NCBI GenBank assembly: GCA_002189035.1
Contig: NEEC01000031.1
Span: 1-64,000 of the forward strand
Source: Utricularia gibba
Lineage: Eukaryota > Plantae > Magnoliophyta
DNA length: 64,000 nt
Direction: 5' to 3'
Translations under genes and position numbers: made by a program
Part shown: positions 11,762-27,396 of the stretch, one piece after another
How positions within the stretch are numbered: position 1 is the first letter of the stretch
Layout: each line of letters starts with the position of its first letter
The notes under the pieces: generated by a model
The model's input: only the letters and a program-made list of their open reading frames with translations
The model's database searches: none
Told to the model about the DNA's origin: nothing

Positions 11762-14700
11762 ATGCGAGGCATGCGTAGCTTGAAGCCTGGGATTCTACTT
11801 TGCCGTCGGGCTTCTTCTTCAGGGAAGCAGCTAGGTGATGGGTTTAATGGGTTCACCACCATTTCCTGCAATCCGTTGATGGAAGATTCTGATAGATTGG
11901 CAAGTTTTTAAATTGGTGTGTTATTTTACTTCTTGGAGCAATGGTGATGAATCATTTTGACTTGGGTTTGATAATCAGGTGCTTGTGGAGGGCCGCGCAT
12001 GTTCAAGAACTGCAATACTCAATAGGCCCTCTTCGCTGAATGCGATCAACACCTCATTGGTTCGTGATATGGACATGTAACTTGGCTGTCGTCGGTTATT
12101 TTTCCTTGTAGAAAGCTTTGAATGTCTTTATTAGATGAAGCTTCCGTTTTGAAGGCGGGTTGTGTTTAGGTGGCTCGTAATGACGACAAAGATACAGTCT
12201 AATACCAGTTCAAGCTCATGTGCGAATGTTTTGTTTCGTACTGGGGAGTTTTAAGCTGCTTTTGTGATATGTGGAGCAGTTCTTTTCTCACAATCCATGT
12301 GTCTGTAGGTTGCACAGCTTCAGAAGTTGTACCAAAGTTGGGAGGATTGCACGGATGTTGGGTTTGTGGTGGTAAAGGTGAGTTTTCGAAATTTTCCTTT
12401 TAAATTTGTTTATTCTTATGCATGTACTTGCAAGATATGATAGCTGAAATATGGTACGAATTCCTTTAAGGGATCTGGTAGGGCATTTTCAGCTGGAGGT
12501 GATATAGTGTCTCTGTATAATCTGATGAAGCAAGGTAATAGATTTCTCTTGTTTTCTGTCTTATATCTTAGATGTAGCATCATCATGTCATACAATATTT
12601 CTCTCTTCGTTTTCTTGATGAAGATAATGTTACATGGCATTTTGGTCAATCTGTGCAGGCAATCTGGATGAGTGCAAAAAGTTCTTTTGGACAATATATG
12701 GTTTTATATATTTTCTTGGGACTTACTTGAAACCACACGTAAGCATGTATTTTATCAGAAGGCAAGTGGGTGATCGATCATCTTGTGTGATTGTTCGCTT
12801 CTCTTGTCCATTCTCCACCCACCTCACAAAATTTTGTTTCCTCTGATTCTGTGGCTTGAATGTCAATTTATGCCATGTGTAGGTGGCCCTCTTGAATGGA
12901 ATCACAATGGGTGGTGGAGCTGGAATTTCAATTCCTGGTATGTTTCGTGTTGCAACAGACAAAACGGTATGATAACACCATATGATTAGTAGCTCTACTC
13001 CTCATCACTGCCACGAGTCATGCTTGGGATTGATTTAAAAACTGAGTTTAAAGTTTAGAATTCAAGAAATACGTTTTTGTTCCCCTACTTATTGGTAAAA
13101 TGATTCTGGATTGATGGTTGCGGCCATCTATTCATGATTAAGGTAGATATATGGATGTGCTTGGATGTAAGCTTGAAAACTCAAATGTGAATATTAGTGT
13201 GGGTAATTGAAATCAAATCAAAAAGACGAAAAGTGCAGTGCTGATGAAAAAAAGGAAAATAAAAACAAGGCCTTGATTATCGTTGATACTGTTTTTATCT
13301 TAGTTCATTGTGTTACAAGGGTGACTCTGCATTCTAAGGAACACTCGTAACTTGCTTTTTTCCAGTAAACTTAACCGTAATGTTTTTCAGATTTTTGCAA
13401 CACCAGAGACCTTAATCGGCTTTCATCCAGATGCTGCAGCATCCTTCTACCTCTCCCATCTTCCAGGGTATCTTGGTAATCTCTCGTGTCTTGTGTTTCC
13501 CATACTTTTTTTCTTTTATTTAATATGGTAGTTGAAAGCCGCAACAAGAACATTTTGAAGTGCACTATTTTTCTTTGCATCTATCAGGCAGCCTCATTTT
13601 GAGTGATGTTTCCACTTGGCTACCCTTTTCTGTAACTGATTCAAATTATGTGGGTTATACGAATGCTACATATTTTAATCTCATGTGTTATCTTCTTGTA
13701 GGGGAGTACCTTGCTCTCACAGGTGAGAAACTCAATGGACAGGAAATGCTGTCTTGTGGGCTTGCGACGCACTTCACTCCCCTTACGGTGCATACGTCAA
13801 CACCATGTTTTATTTTTTATTTTTTTGGATTCATACCTTATAGTGATTTTCACTCATGCAGAAGCTCCCTCTGCTTGAGGAACAACTTAACCACTTGATG
13901 ACTGATGACCCCTGTGTTGTTGAATCTAACTGTTCAAATGTTGGGGAAAGTGTGTTTCATGATCCGAGTAGTGTAATCCACAGGTATATTCCACGTCCAG
14001 AACTGTGATCCTCATCCAAGTAGTCACAAGTCTTTTTTTCGGAACTGATGGTATGCATAGAGCACTTTGTTCTCAGGGTTGAAATAATCGACAAGTGTTT
14101 CAGCCACAATACAGTTGAAGAGATCATCGATGCGCTGGTAGGTAGATACTTGATAGAAAGTATTTTTCTTTCGTTTTACAGCATGATGATTTTGGAGGTT
14201 TTGACTTAGGAAAACGAAGCTGCTAAAACCAACGATATCTGGTGTGCCTCAACACTGAAGAAGCTTAATGAAGCTGCCCCATTAAGCTTGAAGGTGGCCT
14301 TAAGATCTGTAAGCACCACTTGCTGCTAATCTGGGATTCATGAATGCATCTTCTTCCTGAGTTTGCATTTCTTCCTCCTGCCCCAGATAAGAGAAGGCCG
14401 GTTTCAAACACTCGATGAGTGCCTCATCCGCGAGTATCGTATGTCACTACAAGGCATCTACAGTAAAATTACTGGCGACTTTTATGAGGTACAACACAAT
14501 CTCAATGTTTTGGAGCCTCTTCTACAACTTCCAGCCTCTTTTCTCTCTATAACTTACACCTTGTTCTTCTTGCCTTGGTGTAGGGTGTTCGAGCAAAGCT
14601 GGTGCATAAAGATTTCGCCCCCAAGGTACTACTCTCTTCAAATCAAAGCAATGTTTGAAGAGCTCCCTTCTGCTTAATCTCCCCTTGCCACTAACTGTGG

Positions 14701-14843
14701 GGTTTGCTTTTGGGGTTGTGAAGTGGGATCCCCCGAGCTTGAAGCATGTGTCTCAGGACATGGTGGATGAATACTTCTCCCGCCTCCACCCCTTCGAACC
14801 TGAACTGCAACTTCCAACGCAGCAACGAGAGGCTTTTACTTGA
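11762..14843 (+). CDS. 3-hydroxyisobutyryl-CoA hydrolase-like protein, mitochondrial (crotonase family), many short exons
   Basis: Exons VLVEGRACSRTAILNRP, GSGRAFSAGGDIVSLY, VALLNGITMGGGAGIS, IFATPETLIGFHPDA, GEYLALTGEKLNG, TLDECLIREYRMS, WDPPSLKHVSQDMVDEYF; the N-terminus resembles a targeting peptide. Confidence 0.92.
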
Positions 14844-15185
14844 GGCCGGATGCCATTGAACTTACCATTCATCTCTTGTTTGAGCAAACTGCTGTATTCA
14901 GTACCAGGTGCAGAATCCCCTTCTTGAGAGGATTAGTTACTGTAATCATGTACAAGAGACACTGCAACTTGAAACCCACATCCAGCTGAGCTACTTGGCA
15001 GTGAACTCAACCAGACAGGAAAAATACCATCCAAATTAGAATGGGAATATGGTTTCAGGGGTAATTTCGTAAATGGAGAAAATAAACGGTCAAAAAGCTC
15101 TTTTTGAAAAACAGCCTCTTCCCCTCATCACAAGTCTTCTTTGCTTCACCTTCACCCAGTTTTTTTTCCCCTTCTGCGATCAGCA

Positions 15186-16535
15186 ATGGAACCATGCATA
15201 CCATCTGAAGTCTCCAGTTACCCCCATTTTGAATCCCAAGAGTCGGGCTCGAAAACCCGTAATATCCCTTGTAATTCTTCTTCAAACGAGTTTCTGTACA
15301 AAGCCGTCATCGTTCTCGTTCTTGTGATTGTGATTCCGCTTTTCCGATTTCAATCAAGCGATTCTGGAAGTGTGTTGAGTGATTTATGGGAGATCATTCA
15401 TCTCGCGTTCGTCGGAGTAGCGGTTTCTTACGGCGTCTGCAGCACGAAATCTACCCAGATGGTCAGTGCTAAAAATGAGTCTGATTCCTATTTTTCTGGG
15501 ATTTCGTATTTATCTTCCTTTTTTGAATTTGGATCTGTGGCTTCTTTGAGGAATGAAAAATATAACTTTTTATGGGGAGATGAATTTGATGCTCAGAAGA
15601 GAACTAATAGATCTTGTGAACCATCAAATGATTCTGATGGGAATAAACGGAGTAAAGAATGGCGTGTGCAGTCAGTGAGAGATGAATCTCTAGTGGTTGT
15701 TTCTGATGCTAAGTATTTTCTTAGTGAAGCATCTGATTTTGAGCCGTTAAATTTGCCTATTCGGAGCTTGAAATCAAATATTGCTTATGAAAGCGAACTC
15801 CATTCCAGAGGGAATTGGAGTTCGAAGCCTGAGGCTCTTAAACTAGACGAGGATGATGATGAAGGCATTGTTGCAATGAACTTGGGTTTGAAGTTTGAGA
15901 CGGCGGCAGTCGAAAGCCCTTCCTCATCACGCCCTCGGCTTCGGCATCGATCTATTGGGGAATACGAGTTTGACCACTTGGATTCTGCTTCATTTTGCAG
16001 TTCCCCTGAACTGAGAACCTTTAAAGGCGGGAACTTTCAGAGAAAGGTTGTGTTTTCCGGTTATAAATCACTGCCCAGAAGCAATTGTTCAGACTTGGAG
16101 TCGAAACCGGAATCCGAATCCGACTCTGAATCCGTATGGTCCTCAGTGAGCTCCGAAACATCGAGACTAATGAATTCACAGATAGTGAAAAAGCACATCA
16201 AGTCTCAAATCAAGGAAGTCGCATGTCAAACAAGTTGGGAGGACAGGACATTGCCGAGGAGAATTGTGGGAAAGCGAGGAGGATCAAACAATCTGCAACT
16301 TGCAGATTTGATGCAATCCCCGGTTTCGATTCGTGAGTTTTCAGAAGAAAGCAATGGGCAGAGAGTGAAATCCAAGGAAAGAATGGAAATTCACAGCGAC
16401 CCAGAGGTCGATAGAAAAGCAGGGGAATTCATAGCCAAATTCAGGAGGCAGATCAGGCATTCAAAAGACTCTCCCATCGTTACAAGAAAGAAGAATTTCC
16501 TGGCAGAGAAACCAGGGCAGTTTGCTGCAACTTGA
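15186..16535 (+). CDS. Cotton-fibre-expressed / DUF761 family protein, single exon
   Basis: Long intronless ORF with an N-terminal hydrophobic segment (FLYKAVIVLVLVIVIPLF..LWEIIHLAFVGVAVSYG) and C-terminal EVDRKAGEFIAKFRRQIR motif; first ATG at 15186. Confidence 0.82.
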   Translation: MEPCIPSEVSSYPHFESQESGSKTRNIPCNSSSNEFLYKAVIVLVLVIVIPLFRFQSSDSGSVLSDLWEIIHLAFVGVAVSYGVCSTKSTQMVSAKNESDSYFSGISYLSSFFEFGSVASLRNEKYNFLWGDEFDAQKRTNRSCEPSNDSDGNKRSKEWRVQSVRDESLVVVSDAKYFLSEASDFEPLNLPIRSLKSNIAYESELHSRGNWSSKPEALKLDEDDDEGIVAMNLGLKFETAAVESPSSSRPRLRHRSIGEYEFDHLDSASFCSSPELRTFKGGNFQRKVVFSGYKSLPRSNCSDLESKPESESDSESVWSSVSSETSRLMNSQIVKKHIKSQIKEVACQTSWEDRTLPRRIVGKRGGSNNLQLADLMQSPVSIREFSEESNGQRVKSKERMEIHSDPEVDRKAGEFIAKFRRQIRHSKDSPIVTRKKNFLAEKPGQFAAT

Positions 16536-18255
16536 AAATCTTGAACCTTTCGCTGCCAAGAAATCATCTTTACCTGTACAAATTGTACTCTTTAGCAGCT
16601 TCTTCCAATTTCCTCGTTCGTGTTGGAATATTTGGTCGTTTCCATCTCTAAACAAGATAATTTTCAGACCAAATGGGCCCATGTGACAGCAGGCCCATTG
16701 TATGGGCTGATACCTAACGGCCCACTTCCAACCTAGACGCGCCACACGCGCGTCGCTGAGCGAGTGAATTTCCTGCAAAAGGCGGTTTGTCGATCTAATT
16801 TTTTTCTTGCACGCGACACCGCGCAGCCATGCTTGACTCGGCTCCGCAGCCGACGCAGACCTCTTCCTCTTCCCCGATCGGTAAATTAATTCGGTGGTCG
16901 CCCCCCGGCGGGGCAGCCCCAGGCCGGCACGACGTTGTCAGTGTGTTCTGTTACCGATGCTACTTGTCACAAATGTAGTGTACGTACACCAATGGTGTCG
17001 CGGTTTCCTGCTTCAGGCGAGGGACCACGACTCACGTCCATTTACACCCAGTGCCTTTTCTCGTGTCGTTCGCCTCAGGAAAACTTGTCAGCCAAAGGCA
17101 GACCTCAGTCTCCGCGACGCAGCCTCCCCTCCGGCGGCCGGAGCTCCTCCAGCAAGGCGGCTTCATGGGAGGAGACGGCCGGCTAGATCCGACAGCAGAA
17201 AGCCATGGAATTTTCCCATGAGGGCGGGGGCAGTTGGGAGATGAAAGACCAAGTTGTGGAAATCCAAGCAACGTCCCCATCTGCATTCAACCTCACAACG
17301 TGACTTTTCATCTCATTTTCTTCCATTCAACACTATGTAATTAATAGTTATCCCCTGAATTTTTTTATTTTTTTTTAAAAAAACTCGAATATCAAAAAGT
17401 CTCCAGTTTAATCAATTTTCAAAAATTAGTTATGAAAAATAAGTTATTTTTATAATAAAATACACATTTTTTTTTTCAAATAGAGTCTACATTTGTTGAT
17501 ATCTAATACACAAGTCAACAATATGAGTCCATGACATGGACGTAGGAAGGACCTGGCCAGACCGTATGTTACGACCTGTATATTAATTATTTTCATTATT
17601 TTAATATTACAATTCCGTAATTAAAAAAACAAGCGAAAATGTTGACTTTTGTCACTAGTAAACACCTTACTTTATCTAAAATTAAGGCGGTTGATTTGTC
17701 TTATTGTGTTAATTATCCAATTGATTAATTCTTTTTTTATATATTGCATAAATCTTACTTTAAATTGAAGCAATTTATTAATTTCATTTGTGAAAATTCA
17801 TGGTAGAAATTGAAGTCTCTTTTTCAGTTCCTTTTCTCGGTCATCGCTTTTTCAATCTGTTGCTACTTTCAGTACAACAGATAATGCAATAAATAAATAA
17901 ATAAATACCAGGTAAATTATAACCAGGTAATGTAATATTGTGCAAAATAAATGCATGTGTTTTTTTATTAAATAAATTATAATAAGCGATGAGGAAACTA
18001 ATATAATCAGTTTAATAAATACAAGTTCTCCATTCGGCTGCCGAAGCGATATCTTCTGCTCTGTCTGCTTGCGAATTCTGAAAGCTGAGGCTCGGAAAAG
18101 GGGGAAGAAGAGGAAGGAAAACGACAAAAATGAAAATCTCGTTGCGATTCTCCGGTTGTAGTCACACGCACGCGTAATCGGGATTCCGGAGAAGGAGACT
18201 TCGATCAGCTTGGGAGAGAAAGCATCGCCGTTTTTTTTTTTTTTTTCTGATTTCG

Positions 18256-19086
18256 ATGAGGTGCAAGAAGCACACGGCGGATTTGAGCAGTGAAATCGGC
18301 GTCTGCGCTTCGTGTCTGCGTGAGCGCCTTTTTTCGGTAATGGTGGCGCAGGTGGAGAGGCAGGCGGAGGAATACAGCGGCGGTAGGAAGGAAACTGAGT
18401 GTCCGTACTTCCCGATCTCCGTTTCGCCTTACGATTTGGAGAGAGTGCCGTATCGCCTGAGGTTTTTTAGTACTCCGCAGGTGAGAGGAGGTTCCGCGGT
18501 AATGACCGCGATGGAGATTAGGGCTGGGGAGGAGAAAAGGAGAGCGAAGAGGAGTGCCAAATCGAAATTGTCTTCGCTGATTCTACGGGTTTTCTTCAGA
18601 TTAAAATTGGATAAGGTGGATCCGGATCCAAATAGGATTTCAGATTCGCCGCAATTGACGGCGGAGGCATCGCCGTCGTGGTTTCCCGGACGATTTAGGA
18701 AGAAACACACCCGAACATTTTCAGCGGACCGAAGGTCCATTACATCGAGAAGAAAACCTAGCCACCATCGCCACCGCGGAATGTCCCCGGCAAAGAATTC
18801 CGACGACGAAGATAACGGGCATTGGATACACACGCCACGAAGGACGCCGGCAGACCGCCGCCGTGATGGGGGAAAGGCTCCGGTGCACGTCGCCGACATG
18901 TCTTTCTGCTTGAGTCCTCTAGTACGGCCGAGCCCCAGCCGCCTGAGGAATCATAAGGGAGTATCCCCCGATATCGCCACCGGCTGCGAATCCCGGGCGC
19001 GGTTCTCCTCTGCGGCGTCGTTTTGCAAGAACCGGTCTCGGAAACTGGCGGATTTTGGGAGAAACAACTACCACACGGATAACTGA
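18256..19086 (+). CDS. Uncharacterised plant protein with N-terminal C..H..GVCASCLRERL motif (At2g44600/At3g60200-like; motif shared with DUF740/OCTOPUS-type proteins)
   Basis: 276-aa intronless ORF MRCKKHTADLSSEIGVCASCLRERLFS..MSFCLSPLVRPSP..SFCKNRSRKLADFGR. Confidence 0.82.
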   Translation: MRCKKHTADLSSEIGVCASCLRERLFSVMVAQVERQAEEYSGGRKETECPYFPISVSPYDLERVPYRLRFFSTPQVRGGSAVMTAMEIRAGEEKRRAKRSAKSKLSSLILRVFFRLKLDKVDPDPNRISDSPQLTAEASPSWFPGRFRKKHTRTFSADRRSITSRRKPSHHRHRGMSPAKNSDDEDNGHWIHTPRRTPADRRRDGGKAPVHVADMSFCLSPLVRPSPSRLRNHKGVSPDIATGCESRARFSSAASFCKNRSRKLADFGRNNYHTDN

Positions 19087-20285
19087 TTCTCATCTCCTAG
19101 TTTCATATTTACGGTTCTACCCTTCCTCTTCAATTTTCTTTAATAAAATATCACTTCTGTATCTAATACAAATATGTATACATACACCGGTACTTTTAGC
19201 TTTGAGACTTTTTTTTTTGTATTTTGTGTTGTTCAGTTGCCGTCTTCCACAGCTTTTAAATATTTAAAAATTAGAAAGAAATCGAACATTGAAGCTGATG
19301 TTTACATTTATAAATGTTTTCCCATGAATCTGAAACATAAAACCCAATTTAATTATCGCATTTTTTTTATACCTAAACAAACAAGCGCCTTTGACTCCGA
19401 TATCAAGTGCTAAAATTTTGAAAAATAGGGCCGTATTTTAATATATTAAATTAAATGCAATTTTGATGAGTGTTTTATTTACACTAAATATTCACAAAAT
19501 TTGCATTTTAAATAAATAATTTATTCTGATTGTGTTTTAAAATTATTTACACAACTAAATTCATCTATTAAATAATTTCAAGTCCAAATATATGGATAAA
19601 ATTAGTTTTTTTATAAAATTTAAAAATATTATTTATAATTAAAGTTCAACTATAAATTTCAAAAGTAGGTCAAAATTTACCTGATTTTATATTTAAAATT
19701 CGGGGGGCAAAATAAATAAATAGCATGGGCCGAAATAAATTACTGGATTTTGACTGATGATAGGCATGGGGTCGCTGGCGCCTCCTGCCCCCTTCATAAA
19801 TTTACCCCCACCTGCGCTTTAAACTCTTTTAAAAACATGGACAGTGATTTTAAGTTATTTTGCATATGAATACCTTTATTAAAAAAAAGTACATGAAAAA
19901 GTTCAAATAAAAGTTGATATTTCGATTTTGTAGTCATTCACAACAATATATACTATTTTTATACGATATTATTAAATTCATATTCTTAATTTTTATAATT
20001 TTACGTTATTTCTATTTTTAAAATAAAAATTTCATATAATATTAACCTGATCTCTATCTTTAAGTATGATCTCTGTATATCGGGTACCAAATCTGTCTTT
20101 TCATGGTTTTAAACTTCTAACTTCAATGACCAAGAAGTTTATATTTTTTTTATTTCAATTACTCAATTTTCGATGAAAAATGTATATGATTTTAATTCAT
20201 ATTAAATCTTTTTTAAATTTAATTTAAAAATTGTCACCAAATACATAATTTAAGTAAAATACACTTAAAAACTTCCATTAAACTA

Positions 20286-20815
20286 TGATAAGGGAAAAAT
20301 CGCACAAGCGTAATTGATTCCTAAAAGTCTGCCAAAAGAGATCCCGAGGGGATAACACCAGACGACAGATCGACATCTGTCAGAAATGTGACAGGTATGG
20401 CCGTATGACACAGTCTGAAAAGCGGCCGAGTTACGGCATAACAGTCGGCCGATATATGAAAAGCGAGATCGTATAGCAGAAGCAGAAAGCAACCGATATT
20501 TGCAGACACCAGAATTCGGTCAAAGTAAACTCTCCTATAAATATGAGGAATTATGATGAAAGAGGAGGTTGGACTCAAAATGATTTCTTCAAGTTGTATT
20601 CTCCTTTTCGCAACTTCCATCTAGTGAAACTCTTTTCCGGCGAGCTTCAGCAGCTCCGTGGTTTTTCCGCTCTCCTGCGGTTTCCACGTAAAAAATCACT
20701 GCTCACTCTTATTCTAATCGCACCAACCGTGAAGAACATGACTAGACGCAGCATTCCCGACCATGCCTATCACCTGAAATCGGCCTCCCACCGGATATCG
20801 ATTTCACGCATAACA
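20286..20815 (+). mobile_element. Solo LTR of an LTR retrotransposon
   Basis: TG (20286) ... CA (20815) termini flanked by identical AACTA at 20281-20285 and 20816-20820; internal TATAAATA at 20536-20543; more GC-rich than the AT-rich left flank; no gag/pol. Confidence 0.78.
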
Positions 20816-21057
20816 AACTATATAACCAAACAACACCAAGCTCTTCTCTTTTATTGAAAAGAAATGAAAAGGTAGATTTTAAGGAATCGAACCGAACAAA
20901 ATTTAAAGACTGGGCCTTGAGTGTTCATATAAGCGGAAATATCAAGCCCAGCCCAATGATCCTTAAAGGGTGCAAAAGGCCCAATATGTTTTGGAAAGAC
21001 ATTTCAGCTTGCTTTGAGCTGCACATCCGATGCTGGCTACAAACCAGAGGTCAGAGA

Positions 21058-22510
21058 TCAGATCAACTCGTCGTCCGGAGATTCGTCCCCTTCCGGTCGA
21101 CTGCGTTGAAGCTGGAGATCGTCGAGATAGTTCTGATACACATAAGAAACGAACCCCCAGAAGGCCATCAGCATCGCAATGATCTTTACTCCGTTCGTGC
21201 TGTCATGGAACACAACCAGAGAGGCTATCGGAGTGACAGCAAGGGACAGTGTGCTGATCACATTGGAGAAGAGGGAAGACACCAGGTATATCAAGCCCAC
21301 CACGCCGACCGCGCAGACCTGCCACGACAGCGCTGTCCAAACCAGAGTCATCACATAGGAAACTCTCCCTGAGGCGAAGGTGTTCATTTCACTGTGTAGT
21401 GTCCTCCATTCCCCGCTTGCGAATAGCCCGATCACGGCGACGCCAGTTGCGACGATGCTGGTGAAGATCTGCATCTCGAGGACTACTGAAAAGGTTTCCT
21501 TCTTGAGAACCTTTTCGAATGTCAGCTGCATAAGGGAGAGGATTAGGGAGTAGAGGGATGATGCAGCAAGGGTGGTTATGATTCCGATCAGGTATTTGGA
21601 GCTCGAGACGCCGGGGGCGCATCTGAGTCCTCGTTGATTCCCAACAGGGCAGCAGACAAGGAGAGGATCACCACTGAGTTCAGGATCAAGATGGTGAACT
21701 TCTGCTTGTTGATGAAGAATGCAAAGATGGCATTAAAGGCTAACTGCGAAGCACAGATCAGAGAATAAGTTGAGGCAGAAAGATACAGCAGCCCAATGGA
21801 GTAAAGCATGTTATCACCAGCAACCATTGCTCCAATGGCGAAGTAAACAACAGATATCAGCAAAACAGAAGGCCGTATCGATGGATCCGAGCCCTTTTCG
21901 GAAGGCGAAACAAAAAGGTATGGCACAACGAGTATGGGAAAGGCAGCGGTTTGAACTAGAGTAGCCATCCATTTGCTGCTTCCACCTTGAGCATAATAAA
22001 ACCTTCCGAGAAGAACTGCTGCAGCTTGGCCAACAATAAGAAAGAATATGTTCAGCGCGACCATGATCCACCATTTGAGGCGGTTGAGCTTGAGAAGTGG
22101 AGGCTGATACGAAGAAGTTCTCTCTTTCGGCTGGATAAGCTCTCGGCTATCTGCTAAACACGATCCAATTTGATCAATATAGTTCCCTTCTGCTTAAATT
22201 TAAATTAAGAAGTACACATACACATTTGAAGCAAAAGGTATTCATGTATGCCTGATCCTACACGTCCTTTTGTCACAGCTATAAGCACACATCCAAGACC
22301 TACCCATCACCATATACTACTAAAAACGCCACTTTTTCAGTGAAATCTGATTCGCGAACTAGTATTTTCAGATAAAACTTCCTCAAAACTTAATCGCCAT
22401 CACTAATACTAATAAAAATGAAAAGGAATCCCTGCTTAAAGGACAACAGTATCATGTAAACAAGAGAACAAAACAACCCAGAAAACGCATAGCCGCAGAA
22501 TACCTTCCAT
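21058..22510 (-). CDS. PUP11: Purine permease, PUP11-like; 7-nt first coding exon; frameshift at G run 21613-21617
   Basis: KWWIMVALNIFFLIVGQAAAVLLGRFYY..GDNMLYSIGLLYLSASTYSLICASQLAFNA..VLEMQIFTS..WQVCAVGVVGLIYLVSSLFSNVIS. One extra G gives DAPPGVSSSKYLIG.., joining both ORFs. Exon 1 ATGGAAG (22510-22504) is followed by GT. Confidence 0.92.
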
Positions 22511-23342
22511 AACGAAAAAGATAAGAGCTTTGAGGAAGGGTAGGCTCGAATCAAAGATTATATCCCACGAGAGGCACGATGAAAAGTTTCAAAATTAAGA
22601 GCTGTTCCGAAATCAGGGGAAATACTGATCAAGTTTGGTGCTGCAATCACAGGAACCCAGCGCCCTGTTACCAATCAAGAGTGGCGGACCTTTTGTGCGA
22701 AATGCAAATAAAAAACAAACGCCAATTGGGCCATCTAATCATATTTTTGAAAAATCGCATGGGACAAGACAAATTACCGATTGGTTTACTCCAAGTGGCG
22801 AAGTCTTTTGAAGGGATCCGTTGATACATTGCCTTAATCACTTCCACTCTGACCATCCCTTTTACCAAAGAGATGCAGTCTTTGGATGCTGGTTTGCCAC
22901 TCCTTTTGAAGGTGTGTCCCAGCTTGGAAACTCGCAGTTTCGTGTCAATTTCCCCACAAAACGCAGGTACAACGTTCCAAGTTCCTACGTTTTCCCCTTT
23001 TGGATGAAGTTGATGTGTTTATGTGAAATCCATTATGACAGCCCGTTTAAAGAATTAGAACGAATGAAGAAGCTCAGTGTGTAATAAAAGGAAATTGAAC
23101 AGTGCATGGTTCTACAGAGAAAAGGAGAAACAAGGTCAAAAACAATCACTCACACGCAGTGCTGAGGGCACTGAGGGTCTAATGAGACAGACGCAGGAAC
23201 ATCAAACAACGGAATTCTACACCATCTCGAGTACGTTTTCAAGGAACCAACGCAGAGACTACATCAATGATAGAAGCTTTACAGAAGCATATAACGTTTT
23301 CAGCACCAAAATGTACCAACGACTGCCCGCGGCTTTTTCTCA

Positions 23343-25040
<1,698 letters not shown>

Positions 25041-25351
25041 TCAGATCGAGCCTCCGTGACCGGAATTCAGCGCGTCGGAAGGCTTGCGATCTCGTCCGGT
25101 GAAACCGAGGAGCATTTGCCGGCGAAATCGCGGCGGCGAAATTTATAGAGTGAAAAATTATTAGTCCTTTCTTCTGCGCGTAATACTGAAAAAGAAAATA
25201 ATATTACGTACTTCTTCCACCAAAACAAACAATTTTCTACGAAAATCGCCATTGAATCCGATCCGACCCGTTTTGTCACCGCTGCTCCATTTGTCTTCAG
25301 GCGAGTGAGTTCACAGTTCACACCAATTACCAATAGCAGCTGATAGCGGTA

Positions 25352-26246
<895 letters not shown>

Positions 26247-26844
26247 GCTTCCCGAACGCTTGTGCAACTAAGCATTTTCTGCATGTTGTGCCTTGTCTTT
26301 AGAAGCTATCGGGACAATAAGATAAACCTGCCAAACTGTTGGGGAAGGATATCTCCAGTAATTTTCATTCCTTGATGCCATTCATGTTTTCTCTGTTTCT
26401 ACCTTTTGTGCGGCTCATTCCCTGGCGGTTCTCCTTTTCGATTTTCCATGGCAGGTTTTTCCTAAAGTTATGGATATATCTTAGGATTTTTGATGCATAT
26501 TAGTGTTGGGGCACCTACACTACAAAGTCATACTTCAAAGTGTTCGTTCTCTTGTAAGAAACTCAATGCCATCTATTGGGATTGAGATGAAGTAAACGGC
26601 ACTTTAATGATTAGTAAGGGCCAAGCTTGAGATCTAAGAGTATCATGAAACCTTTATGCCCAAGCAGTGATTTTCTTGCAATTTATCCATAAGCATCAAT
26701 CAGCAACCATATGCTTGAGCATGTAAGCTTCTTATTCCTTTTCCTGTACTCAATTCATCTCAGGAAACTGAAAAGAAAACATACAGGGAAATCAACCTAT
26801 TCACACCAACACCAGACCAGAACTGTTTTCATAGACTAAATCGA

Positions 26845-27396
26845 TCACCCCGACTGCGTTTGGATCAGACGCATGATGGAAAGAGCAATGGCTGAAAGCT
26901 GAAATGTATCATTGTTTCTCTTGGTCAGGGGTGAAGCCGCACCCTGTCTGTCCATGAACCCTTCTTCGCAGGTGGTTGGAGCATCCATAACCGCGCTTAT
27001 CCGCGCGTTTGCGTCGTCCATTCTACCATCACTGTAACTCTTGGTAGCTTCTTTAACGTCAGAGATGGCATCAGAGAAAAGTTCAAAGCAATCACTCAAG
27101 CACTGCTTCACGTAAGAGTCCCACTTCCTCTTTCTCAGGAGGCGTCTGATGTAGCAACGAGTATCGGTCACATTGTCACGAATTAGATGGAAGGAGATCC
27201 TCCTGAGACCTCGCAGCGTGGCACACCGGCTGGCCGGAGCAGCCAGCAGAGACGTTGTACAGAAGTCATGGCTGATGTTAGGATCCTCCCGAGCCAGTGC
27301 GCTGCAAGTGGAGTTGATAAAGGTTTGAGATTTTGTGGGTTGGGTTAGGGCCATCATCATCAAAACTGGCAGCAGGAATGAAGAATAGGGCCTCAT
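26845..27396 (-). CDS. Plant invertase/pectin methylesterase inhibitor (PMEI domain)
   Basis: Signal peptide; Cys pattern (STC..FC; CLSDCFELFSDAI); ISAVMDAPTTCEEGF motif; intronless, 183 aa. Confidence 0.9.
   Translation of the reverse strand: MRPYSSFLLPVLMMMALTQPTKSQTFINSTCSALAREDPNISHDFCTTSLLAAPASRCATLRGLRRISFHLIRDNVTDTRCYIRRLLRKRKWDSYVKQCLSDCFELFSDAISDVKEATKSYSDGRMDDANARISAVMDAPTTCEEGFMDRQGAASPLTKRNNDTFQLSAIALSIMRLIQTQSG

Noticed and set aside
19255-19267. ttccacagcttt matching the miR396 5' end
   Set aside because: 12-nt match only, no complementary arm.
19700-19815. GC-rich patch resembling a MITE fragment (shares aaatagcatgggc with ~55687)
   Set aside because: No pair of terminal inverted repeats or TSD found; a 13-bp shared word is insufficient.
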